Of a stretch of DNA of 64,000 bases, positions 28,920-39,736 are shown piece after piece. The position numbers and the translations under genes were made by a program. The stretch is from Paracoccaceae bacterium (GTDB taxonomy: Bacteria > Pseudomonadota > Alphaproteobacteria > Rhodobacterales > Rhodobacteraceae). The notes beneath the pieces were generated by a model that was not told where the DNA came from, did no database searches, and saw only the letters and a program-made list of their open reading frames with translations. The first letter of the stretch is position 1. Each line of letters starts with the position of its first letter. The stretch is taken from assembly GCA_963422275.1 (NCBI GenBank), contig OY729418.1, positions 839,750 through 903,749 on the forward strand. Reading direction: 5' to 3'.

Positions 28920-29939
28920 GTGCGTTGCATTGCGCATCCGGTGCGCGCCCGCGAATCGATGCGCGGCTTTCTTTTGGGGGATCACGACATGCAACGCCTT
29001 CAGCAATTGACCTTTGCCAGCCTCCAATGCGATCGCAAGAAGCGCAAGACGCGCCGCGAGATCTTTCCGGAGCGGATGGACGGCCCGATCCCCTGGGAGC
29101 GCCTGGAGGCAAGCATTGCGCCAGCGTATCCGAAGGGCGGCCGCAAGGGGCGACAGCCGCATCCGCTGTCGGTGATGCTGCGCGTGCACTGCGTTCGGCC
29201 GTTCTGCAATCTGAGCGACCCGTTGATGGAGGACCGGCTTGCGAGGCGGAGAGCATCCGGCGCTTTGCCGGGGCGGTGCTTGAGAAGGTTCCGGGCGAGA
29301 CGACGATCCCGACTTCCGCCACCGGCTGGAGAGCCGCGGACTGGCGCACCAGCTGTTCGGGAGATCAGGGATCACCTGGCGGAGCAGGGGGTTTTGCTGA
29401 AGAAGGGCGGCATCGTTGACGCCACCATCATCTCGGCGCCATCGTCGACCAAGAACGAGAGCAACGCCCGCGACCCGGAGATGCACCAGACCAGGAAGGG
29501 GAACCAGTGGCATTTCGGGATGAAGCTGCACATCGGCATCGACACCCGGGGTCTGGTGCACCACCTGGAGGGAACGGCCGCGAACGTTCACGACCTGACG
29601 CCTTCGGGCCAGCTTCTGCACGGCGAGGAGGAGCAAGTCCGGGGTGACTCTGGATACCGCGGGATCGGCAAGCGCGCGGAGCACGCGCATCGCGCGGTGT
29701 CGTGGCAGATTGCCCTGCCCCCGGGCCAGCGCCGGACGCTGGCGCCGGGCAGCGCCGCGGCCAGGGCGGAGAAGGCGAAGGCCCGGGTGCGGGCGCGGGT
29801 GGAACATCCGTTCCGGATCGTCAAGCGGGTGTTCCGCTGCGACATGGTTCGCCATCGGGGTCTGGAGAGGAACGTGCAGCGGCTTGCGCCGCTTCCGGGC
29901 TTCTCGAACCTGATGATTGCCCAGCCGCACCTGTCATGA
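28920..29939 (+). pseudogene. IS5-family DDE transposase, frameshifted
   Basis: The 339-aa ORF has good N- and C-terminal thirds (..RREIFPERMD.., ..[39 protein letters not shown]..). The middle (LARRRASGALPGRCLRR...) is out of frame relative to the copy at 61429-62444. Confidence 0.85.
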
Positions 29940-30119
29940 CAAGGGATCAGTGTGTCCGGAATTTGCCGGACCGGCCCTGCGGGGGCTGAACCGGCGGCGG
30001 TTTTGTCCCGAAAACGCGCATTTGCGGCTTCCGGACCGCCGAAAACCGACCGGCGCAGCCAGGAAGGGCGGTTTCCGCAGCCAAAACCAGAAAAACCCTC
30101 CAAATCAGAGGTTCCCTAG

Positions 30120-30758
30120 GGAAAGGTTGCCGTCCTTCTTCACCTCCATCTGGGCAAACTTGCCCCGTTTGTTTAACCAGATGCAAGAGTTGCCCGTCTT
30201 CAGGATGTCCCCCTGACCGCAAAAATCGCTTTTCCGCCCGCCGAGTTTCTCAAAGTTCCAGTAATGGATCCCAAAGAAGTAATCGTCGTCGCCGCTACCA
30301 TCATCTTCCACTCTAAGGCCGCTCCATCGATCGAGAAGCCTGGGAATTCTCTCTACTAAACACTCCGGGTCGACTTCGCTCCAATCCACGCTAGTGACAG
30401 AAGTGCCGGTGCCCCATGGTTTTGATGTGCCGTCCTCGTATTCGAGTTCAACGGCGGCGAAATTACGAACGAGGATCATTTTTCCTTCACGGAAATGCAC
30501 GGAATCCTCCATGCTCTTGAGGAACTTTTCAACCGATCCGGGTGTCATTTTTTTTGGCTGTGTAGTTGCCATTCTCATCCGGGAACATGTGATAAATTGA
30601 CCCTTCGGCTTGGAGCACGCTGCCCTTGGCCGGGTTCTTTCGCACCGCTTTCATGATCCCGGCGGAGCCGTCCACCGGAGGGTTCTTCAGCGAAGTTTTA
30701 CTGTTCTGTCCGCCGCAGGCGGACAGGGCGAGAGCGGTCGCGGCGATGCGGCTTTCAT
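30120..30758 (-). pseudogene. lipoprotein gene disrupted by two frameshifts and by the IS5-type insertion
   Basis: ATG at 30758, then a 1-nt shift gives ...IAATALALSACGGQ (lipobox). The frame breaks again at an A8 run (T8 on the plus strand, 30548-30555) into tracked ORF 30105..30578. The reading frame resumes left of the IS (28669 down to the stop at 28623). Confidence 0.5.
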
Positions 30759-31452
30759 TAGGCTGTCTTCTTTCGTGGATTGCCGACGCCTGCCGGAAAG
30801 GACACCGGCCCTTGGGGGCTTTCGCCCTTGACGTGGTGCGCTAGTTCGGTATGGTCAGCGCTTCGCGGGACTGCGGTGCCAGCTGGCTTCCCCTTTCTGG
30901 CCGCGCGGCAGCCGGGGGAAGCAAATCATGCATTTATCCTCCATCGACCCGGCCGCGCAAGAGGCCGGCGGGGCAGCCGCCTTCGGAAAGTCAAAACTGT
31001 CGCGAAATGCTCCCGTCAGGTCATGGACATGGAGAGGTTGACAGGCTCCGCAAGCTGTCATCGGCAATCGCTGACCGAACCGCAGCGAAATTTGATGCAT
31101 GCGCAGAGAGAGAGAGCATCTATCCCAGCCAGCATTCGAAATCTTGATTGCCTCCTTGGCGGCGGGCGCAACGCAGTCAGTGCCGATAACCGCGAGCAGC
31201 CTAACATTGAACGCCGAGGAGGACAAAGCTGCTTCCTTGCCGTACAAAGCGGAGGCGAAGGTCGGGTCCATCGGTTGGCATTTTCCGATGCAATCTGACC
31301 CTTGCGCGCTTCAGAGGCTGGCAAGACCGTCGCTTGCAGCAAGTGAGTCCGATTCGAGGACAAGGATCAAGCTAACCAGCTTATCACGCTCGTCCGACTG
31401 CAGTGCATCTTTGGCGGTCAAGCGATCGCAAAAGTCGATCGAGTCCATATCC

Positions 31453-31725
31453 TTAGACAAGTGCAACGCGCTCGGCATCGAGGACAAGCCGAAGAAGGTA
31501 GCCGGCCAAACGCACGTGAGGAACGTATTGTCGCAGGCTTCGAGGAAATCCAGCGCTTCGTTTGCGCAAGTTGTTTTGCGCGCGGCAATTGCTTTTCAAC
31601 TTAACGGCGGCACATTGCCGCAAGGTTTTCATGCCACTGTCCTTGCCGGCTGCGTTATCCGGTCCTTGTTCAGTTCCACATCGAGCATCCAGTGCATCAT
31701 GTTGTTGCCCTGTCCCTGACCTCAC
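31453..31725 (-). pseudogene. C-terminal fragment of an ISAs1-family transposase
   Basis: Two adjacent frames read ..MHWMLDVELNKDRITQ.. and ..KTLRQCAAVKLKSN..LRKRSAGF.. . These resemble the ISAs1 C-terminus (LHW.LDV.F.ED..R.....N...LR..A.NLLK....KRK.AGWD). No upstream DDE part is present. Confidence 0.4.
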
Positions 31726-31883
31726 GCTGTTGCCAGACCCGGCCAGCTTGCATCTCCTGCAGCCAATCGACGTCCACGCTTTTCGCCCGTGTCCGCATCC
31801 AAGTGCTTGAAAGCGCTCTTACTCTCCAGATCCTTCAAGCAGGCTTAATCTTTGCGAGAGTGCCAGGCACTGGTATCAGTCCA

Positions 31884-32450
31884 TTAGCACCTGCTGAGCT
31901 GACGGCTGTACATCTTCTGCCGTTCGACCAGTCTGTCTGCAACCTTCACGAGCCAGCGCTTCGACTGGTAAGATTGCCGTGCAAACCCGGAATGCCCTTC
32001 GTGATAGGCGAGATATTGGTTTCTCACGTCGTTTTTCGGCACGCCGAATTTCTTTGCCGTGATGTCGATGTACCATCCGATGAAATCGGACGCATCTTTG
32101 AAGTTGGTACGCTTTGCTCTTCGCTTGCCGGTCGACTTCTTGTACCACTCCCAAGTGCCGTCAAGCACCTGCGCGTAACCGAATGCCGACGACACCCGCC
32201 CGACGGGAACGATTCCGAGCCAAGTTTTCATCGGCGTCCGGGCCCATCGCTCGAATTTGCTCTCCTGCCAGATGATCGCCATCTGTACCGATGTCGGAAC
32301 TTTCCAGCGGCGTTCAACCGCACGCATGCTGGATTTCCACTGAGGTTTCTGCTTCAGAATCGAGCAGGCGTCATCGAGGGCTTTGGGCGCGCCAAAGTTG
32401 GCGACCGAACATCCTGCAAGCAATGCAATAACTGTGAATATTTTCAGCAT
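31884..32450 (-). CDS. lipoprotein with lytic transglycosylase (SLT-like) domain
   Basis: I moved the start to MLKIFTVIALLAGC (lipobox). It contains IIWQESKF (catalytic Glu-Ser) and FGYAQVLDGTW motifs. Confidence 0.75.
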   Translation of the reverse strand: MLKIFTVIALLAGCSVANFGAPKALDDACSILKQKPQWKSSMRAVERRWKVPTSVQMAIIWQESKFERWARTPMKTWLGIVPVGRVSSAFGYAQVLDGTWEWYKKSTGKRRAKRTNFKDASDFIGWYIDITAKKFGVPKNDVRNQYLAYHEGHSGFARQSYQSKRWLVKVADRLVERQKMYSRQLSRC

Positions 32451-32707
32451 TACACTTATCGGTCCCCAACAAAGCCGCAACACGACCGTATAATAAATGA
32501 CGGACGAGGCAAGTTTACACGTCAACAACTTGATTTCAAGCATGTTCAAGACAATCTTGGACAGGCTTGGCGGACATTCACGATTCACATTCCCTTCCCT
32601 GTGGATGCAAACCAAAATAAAGTTGCCTCGCTCTGGCGCGGACTGTGTACACTTGTCGGCGCAGCACTATTCCGGGTTCGGACACTGGCCACCCGCTGCC
32701 ACAGGAC

Positions 32708-33808
32708 ATGCAAACAATGGACATTGCCCCGGGGACAGACGATCTGATCGCGCGTGCGCTGAATGACCTGCGCCTTGGATTGCCCATCGTCATTCGCGAC
32801 GGGAGCGCTGGAATTTCATCACTGGCTGTCGAGTCCGCGAAAGGCGGGAGGCTGAAACTCCAATTGGCAGCGAAAGCGCCAGCCACGCTTGCACTCACGA
32901 GGCGCCGCGCCGAAACCTTGAAGGCAAGGTCCTACGATGGCACCATTTCGCGCATTCATGTTCCGCGAGGCGCGTCGCCGAAATGGATGCAGGCCGTCGC
33001 TGATCCGTCTCGTGACCTGGACTACCCGATGAAAGGGCCGTTCAAGGAGGTTAGAGAGGGCTCCGCTGACCTGCACCGCGCGGCCGTGTCGCTTGCCCGC
33101 AGGGCCAGACTCCTCCCGGCTGTGCTGAGCCATCCCGTCGAAGACGCCATGGCATTTGCAGTTCGCAACAGGCTTACCTGTTTGGAGTATGACTCGATTC
33201 GGCCAGTCCCCGGCAAATTCCGGCCACCCGTTCAGGTCGTCGACGCGCAATTGCCGATAGCCGCTTCCGAGCATGCCCGCATTTACGTGTTCCGCACAGA
33301 AGATCTGTCCGAGGAGCATTGCGCAGTGGAAATCGGGCAAGTTCCCCGCAACGAGCCAGTCCTTGCGCGCCTGCATTCCGCGTGTTTCACTGGCGACGTG
33401 CTCGGTTCGCTGAAATGTGACTGTGGCCCGCAACTCGGAAGCGCACTGGAACGAATGGCTGAGGTCGGCAGTGGGGTCCTGCTGTACCTGAACCAAGAGG
33501 GACGCGGAATTGGCTTGGTCAACAAGGTCAGGGCGTACGTCCTGCAGGACCAGGGATTCGACACAGTTGACGCGAACCACCGTCTCGGCTTTGAGGACGA
33601 TGAGCGCGATTTCCGGATCGGAGCCGAAATTCTCAAGTCGCTTGGACACATCTCGGTGCGCCTTCTGACGAACAATCCGTCCAAGGTGCAGATGATGGAG
33701 ACTCACGGAATAAACGTTGTGGAGCGCGTGCCACTGATTTCAGGCAAAACGGCCTTCAACGAGAGGTATCTTTCGGTCAAGGCGCGAAAGAGCGGCCACA
33801 AGCTTTGA
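32708..33808 (+). CDS. ribA: GTP cyclohydrolase II with N-terminal extension
   Basis: The C-terminal half carries the Zn site and core motifs CFTGDVLGSLKCDCGPQL, LNQEGRGIGL and RLLTNNP. The start is uncertain (ATG at 32708 or 32717). Confidence 0.85.
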   Translation: MQTMDIAPGTDDLIARALNDLRLGLPIVIRDGSAGISSLAVESAKGGRLKLQLAAKAPATLALTRRRAETLKARSYDGTISRIHVPRGASPKWMQAVADPSRDLDYPMKGPFKEVREGSADLHRAAVSLARRARLLPAVLSHPVEDAMAFAVRNRLTCLEYDSIRPVPGKFRPPVQVVDAQLPIAASEHARIYVFRTEDLSEEHCAVEIGQVPRNEPVLARLHSACFTGDVLGSLKCDCGPQLGSALERMAEVGSGVLLYLNQEGRGIGLVNKVRAYVLQDQGFDTVDANHRLGFEDDERDFRIGAEILKSLGHISVRLLTNNPSKVQMMETHGINVVERVPLISGKTAFNERYLSVKARKSGHKL

Positions 33809-34323
33809 TGCACGCGCCGAGCGATCTATTCGTGACAGAGTGGGAAGCGCGCCTGCTTGGCAGGAGAATGCCGTGCGCGACGGGAAGGGGCGGAATTCGG
33901 CGCGACAAGCGCGAGGGGGATGGGGCGACGCCCGCCGGAGTGCACCGGATCACGGGAGCATTCTATCGGCCGGACCGGATTCCAGCGTGGCAAGTCCCCG
34001 CCGGAATTCCAGTGCGTCCGTTTCAAGGCTGGTCGGACGACTCTGGCGATCCCCAGTACAACAAACTGATCCGCCAGCGCCTCGATCACGCATTCAGCCA
34101 TGAACGTCTCTTCCGCTCCGACCCGCTCTACGACATAGTGCTGCTGACCGACTACAATCGCGCAGACCCGGTTCCCGAACTGGGGTCGGCAATATTTCTC
34201 CACACTTGGAGAAGCCCGCGGTCCCCGACTGCTGGCTGCATCGCATTCGACAGAAGCGACCTCGTCTGGATCGCACAACACTTGACAATTGAAACGCATC
34301 TGATCGTGAAGGGAAGAACTTGA
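33805..34323 (+). CDS. L,D-transpeptidase catalytic-domain (YkuD) protein
   Basis: 172-aa ORF with GSAIFLHTW...TAGCIAF (catalytic His/Cys motif). It overlaps the ribA stop by 4 bp. Confidence 0.8.
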   Translation: MMHAPSDLFVTEWEARLLGRRMPCATGRGGIRRDKREGDGATPAGVHRITGAFYRPDRIPAWQVPAGIPVRPFQGWSDDSGDPQYNKLIRQRLDHAFSHERLFRSDPLYDIVLLTDYNRADPVPELGSAIFLHTWRSPRSPTAGCIAFDRSDLVWIAQHLTIETHLIVKGRT

Positions 34324-34339
34324 TTCCGGGACGGTCGCC

Positions 34340-35026
34340 CTACGTTCCCGGCGTCGGTCGCGCACCAAATATCGCAGTGCCGATACGGACGTGCGTTGCA
34401 CCAAGCCGTACCGCTGTTTCGAAGTCACCGCTCATTCCCATGCTCAGGAACTGCAAGCCATTGCGCTCCGCGAGCTTGGCTAGCAGACCGAAGTGAAGCG
34501 CCGGCTCCTCGTCGAGGGGCGGGATGCACATCAATCCCCTGAGCGGCAAACCGAGTTTTCGGATGCTGTCGACGAAGCCGTCCGTCTCTTGCGGAATAAC
34601 GCCAGCCTTCTGCAACTCCTCTCCCGTATTGACCTGCACGAAGAGATCCGGGCAGGATCCCAGTTCCTGAGCCAAGCCCGCGATTCTCTGGGCTAGCTTG
34701 AGGCGATCAATTGAATGGATTGCGTCAAACAACTCCATCGCGGCGCGCGCCTTGTTGGACTGAAGTGCCCCGACAAGATGAAGCTCTACACACTCATGTT
34801 CGCTCCGAAGCTCGGGCCACTTCCCGACGGCTTCTTGGACTCGGTTCTCTCCGAACAGTAGATGCCCTTTAGCGAGAACTGTCCGGACCCTGTCGATTGG
34901 CTGAAGCTTCGCAACCGCGATCACGCTTGTTGACCCTGCGACTCGTCCAGACGCGGTCTCGGCCGACCGCACGCGTTCGGAGATTTCAATGAGTGACACT
35001 GTCTTCAAGCCTCTTCGGTCGGTCAC
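34340..35026 (-). CDS. yggS: YggS-family pyridoxal-phosphate homeostasis protein
   Basis: 228-aa ORF with FGENRVQE, HLVGALQSNKA and MGMSGDFE motifs. Confidence 0.85.
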   Translation of the reverse strand: MTDRRGLKTVSLIEISERVRSAETASGRVAGSTSVIAVAKLQPIDRVRTVLAKGHLLFGENRVQEAVGKWPELRSEHECVELHLVGALQSNKARAAMELFDAIHSIDRLKLAQRIAGLAQELGSCPDLFVQVNTGEELQKAGVIPQETDGFVDSIRKLGLPLRGLMCIPPLDEEPALHFGLLAKLAERNGLQFLSMGMSGDFETAVRLGATHVRIGTAIFGARPTPGT

Positions 35027-35160
35027 TCGCAGTTCCCGGAAACATCTAGCAAAACCCCTTGAACGATTCGATCGCTGTTTGACGATTGGTTATCCCCCAT
35101 CCTTGCTTTACACTGCGGGCAGGGGTAGGAGAATGCGGTATTCTAACTGTGAGGCCCTTA

Positions 35161-35616
35161 ATGAGGAATTTTGCGACTTTCCGGTTTGCGCTTGCGGTTC
35201 TGCTGGCCCTTTCGCTTGCCGCCTGTGCTGGCAAGGAGGGCACTGAAACTCCGAAGAAGCAGGACGAGAAGCGCAACACGATCTGGGAACTTTTTGACAA
35301 CAAAGACGATCCGCACACAAGTTTTCAGGTCAACAAATACATTTGGAACGCCACGCTCGAAGTTCTGGATTTCCTTCCGATCGAGACCATTGACCCGTTT
35401 ACGGGCGTCATCGTTACCGGATGGGGAACCGCGCCAGGAAGCAATGTCGCCTACAGAGCCACCATAATCGTGAAGGATCCGGCACTTGACGCGCGCTCGT
35501 TGCGCATTTCGCTCGCAACGAAAAACGGTCCGGCGAGTGCGGAAACCGTCCGTGAAGTTGAAAACGCGATTCTAACCCGCTCCAGGCAACTTCGCATGGC
35601 AGACGACCGACTATAG
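35161..35616 (+). CDS. DUF3576-type lipoprotein
   Basis: I moved the start to [22 protein letters not shown] (lipobox). The core [31 protein letters not shown] is typical of the family, which sits upstream of leuS in alphaproteobacteria. Confidence 0.7.
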   Translation: MRNFATFRFALAVLLALSLAACAGKEGTETPKKQDEKRNTIWELFDNKDDPHTSFQVNKYIWNATLEVLDFLPIETIDPFTGVIVTGWGTAPGSNVAYRATIIVKDPALDARSLRISLATKNGPASAETVREVENAILTRSRQLRMADDRL

Positions 35617-35665
35617 CTTGCGGCCGGAATCTGTGACCCGCGGAAAGTCAGGGGGATCGAAGGCG

Positions 35666-38227
35666 ATGCCCAGCAATGAATTCGTTGATTTCGAGCCGTT
35701 CTGGCAGGAGGCATGGAGCAAGGCCGGCGCATTCAAGGCATCTCGCAGCGCCGAGCGCCCAAAATACTACGTACTCGAGATGTTTCCGTATCCATCCGGC
35801 AAGATCCATATGGGGCATGTGCGGAACTACACGATGGGAGACGTGGTCGCGCGCTACCGAATGGCCAACGGATTCAACGTCCTGCATCCGATGGGATGGG
35901 ACGCCTTCGGAATGCCCGCCGAAAACGCCGCAATGGAGAAGGGAATACATCCCGGTCAATGGACCCGTTCCAACATCGCCGACATGCGAAACCAGCTGAA
36001 GCCGCTGGGACTGTCCATTGACTGGACCCGCGAGTTGGCAACGTGCGATCCGGAATACTACGGTCAGCAACAGTCGATGTTCATCGACATGATGGAAGCA
36101 GGCTTGGCTTACCGGAAGAACGCCGTGGTCAACTGGGATCCAGTCGACAGGACCGTGCTCTCCAACGAGCAAGTGATCGATGGAACTGGGTGGCGATCCG
36201 GCGCCCCTGTCGAGCAAAAGGAGCTGGCACAATGGTTCTTCCGCATCAGCGATTTCTCGGAAGAGCTGCTCGAGGCAATTGACGGCCTTTCCGATTGGCC
36301 CGACAAGGTGCGTCTCATGCAGCGGAACTGGATCGGGAAGTCGCGCGGGCTAGAATTCGATTTCGAGACCGTAGGAGCGCCTCCGGGCCACGATACGCTG
36401 CGCGTGTACACGACTCGCCCCGACACTCTATGGGGCGCGACGTTCGCTGCCGTTTCACCCGACCATCCACTTGCACGCGACGCATGCAAGACGAACGCCG
36501 CCCTCGCGGGCTACATTTCCACCTGCCGCCGAACCGGAATCTCGGAAGCCGATCTGGAAACGGTCGAGAAAACTGGAATGGATACCGGCGTCAGGGTGCG
36601 CCATCCGCTTGACCCGGGCATCACCCTGCCCGTTTGGGTCGCCAATTTCATTCTCATGGATTACGGAACCGGCGCGATTTTCGGGTGCCCGGCGCACGAC
36701 CAGCGGGATCTGGAATTCACGCGCAAGTACGGTCTTCCCGTAATCGACGTGTTTGTGGGCAAGGATTCCGATCAGTTCGTCGACGACGTGGCATATGTCC
36801 CGCCGAAGGACGAAACGGTCAGGTACTTGAGGCCGATCGCCGGGAAGGAGTGGCAAACCGGAGAGGAAGCTGTCACGGCGGCGATCGAATACTGCGAAGC
36901 TAGGGGTTTCGGTGCCGGCGTGGTCAAGTATCGATTGCGCGACTGGGGAATCAGTCGACAGCGGTACTGGGGTTGCCCAATCCCGGTGGTTCACTGCAGG
37001 AAGTGCGGCGTGGTTCCCGAAAAGAAGGAAAACCTTCCTGTCGTCCTGCCTGAAGACGTGAGTTTTGACAAGCCCGGAAATCCGCTTGACCGCCATGACG
37101 CCTGGCGTGAATGCGCCTGTCCCAGCTGCGGAGCGAAGGCGAAGCGGGAAACCGACACGATGGACACGTTCGTGGACAGTTCGTGGTATTTTGTTCGATT
37201 CACCGCACCAAGAGCGAATGTGCCGACGGTAATGGAGGATGCCGAATACTGGATGAACGTCGACCAGTACATCGGGGGCATCGAGCATGCCATCCTGCAC
37301 CTGCTCTACTCCCGGTTTTTCGCTCGCGCGATGAACATTGCGGGCCATCTGCCCGCAAAGGCCATCGAGCCGTTCGATGCCCTGTTCACCCAAGGCATGG
37401 TGACTCACGCAATCTATCAGACAAGAGACGAACGAGGGCGTCCGGTTTACCACTTTCCCGAAGACGTGGAAGTCGGCACGGACGGGGCCAAGCTCAAAGC
37501 CACTGGAGAACCGGTGGAGACAGTTCCGTCGGCAAAGATGGCAAAATCCAAGAAGAACGTCATCGATCCCAAAGACTTGATCGCCCGCTACGGCGCCGAC
37601 ACTGCGAGGTGGTACATTATTTCGGATTCACCTCCAGACCGGGACGTGGAGTGGACCACGACCGGTGTCCAGGCTGCATCGAAGCATCTTCAGCGCGTGC
37701 TGCGCCTGGCAACAAAAGCATCGAATGAGTCTGGCAGTGGAGACCCGTCTTCCAATTCCGGCTTGGAGGTGGCTGTGCATCGAACGATCGACGAGGTGAC
37801 AAGGGGAATCGAGACATTTGCGTTCAACAAGTCCGTCGCAAAGCTCTACGAGTTGTTCAACACTCTCAGCAAATCGGAAGCAGGCGGTGCCGCGAAGAGA
37901 AGAGCCATGAAGACTCTGGCCGTTCTTATGTCTCCAATCACGCCGCATCTTTCAGAACAGATCTGGAATCTCCTCGGCGGCGCAGGTCTTGTCGTCCAGC
38001 AGAGCTGGCCGGAGGCCGATCCAAAGATCATCGAGGAGAATCTGATTGTTATCCCGATTCAGGTCAACGGAAAGCGGAGATCGGAAATCAGGGTTCATCG
38101 AGGGGCGCAAGCCGAGGAAGTGGAGCATCTCGTGCTCGAGAACGACGTGGTGACAAGGATTCTTGCTGGGCGAAGCCCCAAGAAACTCATCGTTGTTCCC
38201 GAAAGGATCGTCAATGTGGTTGCCTAG
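35666..38227 (+). CDS. leuS: leucine--tRNA ligase
   Basis: HIGH ([11 protein letters not shown]) and KMSKS (KMAKSKKN) motifs, a CP1 editing domain and a Zn-binding CxxC pair. I moved the start to [14 protein letters not shown]. Confidence 0.95.
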   Translation: MPSNEFVDFEPFWQEAWSKAGAFKASRSAERPKYYVLEMFPYPSGKIHMGHVRNYTMGDVVARYRMANGFNVLHPMGWDAFGMPAENAAMEKGIHPGQWTRSNIADMRNQLKPLGLSIDWTRELATCDPEYYGQQQSMFIDMMEAGLAYRKNAVVNWDPVDRTVLSNEQVIDGTGWRSGAPVEQKELAQWFFRISDFSEELLEAIDGLSDWPDKVRLMQRNWIGKSRGLEFDFETVGAPPGHDTLRVYTTRPDTLWGATFAAVSPDHPLARDACKTNAALAGYISTCRRTGISEADLETVEKTGMDTGVRVRHPLDPGITLPVWVANFILMDYGTGAIFGCPAHDQRDLEFTRKYGLPVIDVFVGKDSDQFVDDVAYVPPKDETVRYLRPIAGKEWQTGEEAVTAAIEYCEARGFGAGVVKYRLRDWGISRQRYWGCPIPVVHCRKCGVVPEKKENLPVVLPEDVSFDKPGNPLDRHDAWRECACPSCGAKAKRETDTMDTFVDSSWYFVRFTAPRANVPTVMEDAEYWMNVDQYIGGIEHAILHLLYSRFFARAMNIAGHLPAKAIEPFDALFTQGMVTHAIYQTRDERGRPVYHFPEDVEVGTDGAKLKATGEPVETVPSAKMAKSKKNVIDPKDLIARYGADTARWYIISDSPPDRDVEWTTTGVQAASKHLQRVLRLATKASNESGSGDPSSNSGLEVAVHRTIDEVTRGIETFAFNKSVAKLYELFNTLSKSEAGGAAKRRAMKTLAVLMSPITPHLSEQIWNLLGGAGLVVQQSWPEADPKIIEENLIVIPIQVNGKRRSEIRVHRGAQAEEVEHLVLENDVVTRILAGRSPKKLIVVPERIVNVVA

Positions 38228-38714
38228 CCCAAAGCTGCTATTGCTGATTGCCGGCTTGCTGTCACTTTGTGGGTGTGGATATCAACCAGTCTACAAGAAG
38301 AATGAACCGGGCGGCATGTCGCTGGGCGAATTCGAAGTGACCGTGGCCGGCAGTGGACGCGATGCCTTCATTATTGAGGAGTTGCTTCAAAACCGCCTCG
38401 GGCAGGCTGGAGTCGCGCCTGACTACACCCTGTCCCTATCGCTATGGGTGCGCGATCGAGAGATTGCCATCGGTGGCGCAGGCGGCATAGACCGGACTGC
38501 CACCGATGGAACCGCGTGGTTCAGGGTTCATGATCGGGCAAGCGGGCGGAAGTTGCTCTCAGGTGAGGTGTCAGGTTCCGTCTCCTGGTCGTACAAGGAT
38601 AAAATTACAGGAGCTGCGATGCCGTGGAGGGATGCCAGAAATCGCCTGCTGACGCAGATCGCGGAGCGGATAGCCACCCGCCTGATTGCATCCTCCGAAA
38701 GCTGGAGAGAGTGA
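38214..38714 (+). CDS. lptE: LptE-like LPS-assembly lipoprotein
   Basis: The start [21 protein letters not shown] (lipobox) overlaps the leuS 3' end. Size and the leuS-lptE-holA synteny support the call. Confidence 0.7.
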   Translation: MWLPSPKLLLLIAGLLSLCGCGYQPVYKKNEPGGMSLGEFEVTVAGSGRDAFIIEELLQNRLGQAGVAPDYTLSLSLWVRDREIAIGGAGGIDRTATDGTAWFRVHDRASGRKLLSGEVSGSVSWSYKDKITGAAMPWRDARNRLLTQIAERIATRLIASSESWRE

Positions 38715-39736
38715 AACTCTCGAACCGCGGGGCGGACCGCCACTTCGCCGATCCAGACCGTTCGAAGGCAGGCACATTGATATATGGCTTTGATCCATTG
38801 TGGGTCGAGGATCGGAAGGACAAACTGATCTCCGCACTCGTTGGACCGCTGGGCAAAGCTGACCTCAGAGTCCGCGACATCAGCAGCGACCAGCTCCGAA
38901 GCAACCCGAACAGTCTCGGTCTGGCAATCAAGGAAATCGGGCTTTTCTCATCGGGACAAAGGGTGGTGTGCATCGAGAACCCAAGCGATTCAACAGCAGC
39001 GCTGATCGGCTCCGCCCTAGACGCACATCAAGCGGGAGACGCCTGGCTCGTCGTGACCGCAAGAAGCCTGCGGCCAGCATCAAAGCTGAGGAAGACCTTC
39101 GAGACACATGCAAACGCCCTTGCCGCAGCGGTCTATGCTGACGCGATCTCGAACAGAGAAATTGAAGATATGCTGAGACTCTTCGATCTAGGGGCATTGT
39201 CTTCCGATGCGTCAAGGAAAATCTTCGCGCTAGGCCGTGAAATGCCACCGCAACTGTTTCGGCAACTGCTTGAGAAAATCCGGCTATTCAAGCTCGGTGA
39301 CGATGAGCCGCTGACCTGCGAGGAAGTGGAGGCTTGCGCACCCGATACCGGACAGGTGGTGCTGGACAGCCTGCTCGATGCGGTTGCAGACCGGCAACTC
39401 AAAACGGTTGTTGAAAAATTTCGCCAAGTCGAGGCTCAGGGAATCAAACCGGCCACGATTTGCGTTGCGACAAAGAGGATTTTCAAGAACATCTATGCGG
39501 TCGCCTGTGATCCGGAAGGCCCTGTCGAGGGGGTCAAGCGCTTGAGGCCGCCAGCATTCGGACCTAGGCGAGACAGTTTAATCAGGCGCGCCAAGGCTTG
39601 GGGGCCACAAGGTGCAGAGAAGGCCCTGCTTCATCTTTCCGAAGCGGACAGAACGATCAGGTCGGACATGCCCGTGCCTCCGCGAGTGATAATGGAGAGA
39701 TCCCTGCTGCGGGTCGCGATGATGGGACCTCGATGA
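38711..39736 (+). CDS. holA: DNA polymerase III subunit delta
   Basis: A GTG start overlaps the lptE stop (GTGA). It is about 341 aa, in the conserved synteny position, with an N-terminal ..LIYGFDPL.. segment like delta-subunit N-termini. Confidence 0.75.
   Translation: MKLSNRGADRHFADPDRSKAGTLIYGFDPLWVEDRKDKLISALVGPLGKADLRVRDISSDQLRSNPNSLGLAIKEIGLFSSGQRVVCIENPSDSTAALIGSALDAHQAGDAWLVVTARSLRPASKLRKTFETHANALAAAVYADAISNREIEDMLRLFDLGALSSDASRKIFALGREMPPQLFRQLLEKIRLFKLGDDEPLTCEEVEACAPDTGQVVLDSLLDAVADRQLKTVVEKFRQVEAQGIKPATICVATKRIFKNIYAVACDPEGPVEGVKRLRPPAFGPRRDSLIRRAKAWGPQGAEKALLHLSEADRTIRSDMPVPPRVIMERSLLRVAMMGPR

Larger units (their letters stand above)
28674..30115 (+). mobile_element. IS5-family 'type A' element, full-length copy carrying a nested MITE
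   Basis: GGAACCTCTGAATATAGCC...CAAATCAGAGGTTCC, flanked by CTAG at 28670-28673 and 30116-30119. Without the 212-bp insert it is about 1.23 kb, matching the copy at 61252-62475. Confidence 0.9.
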
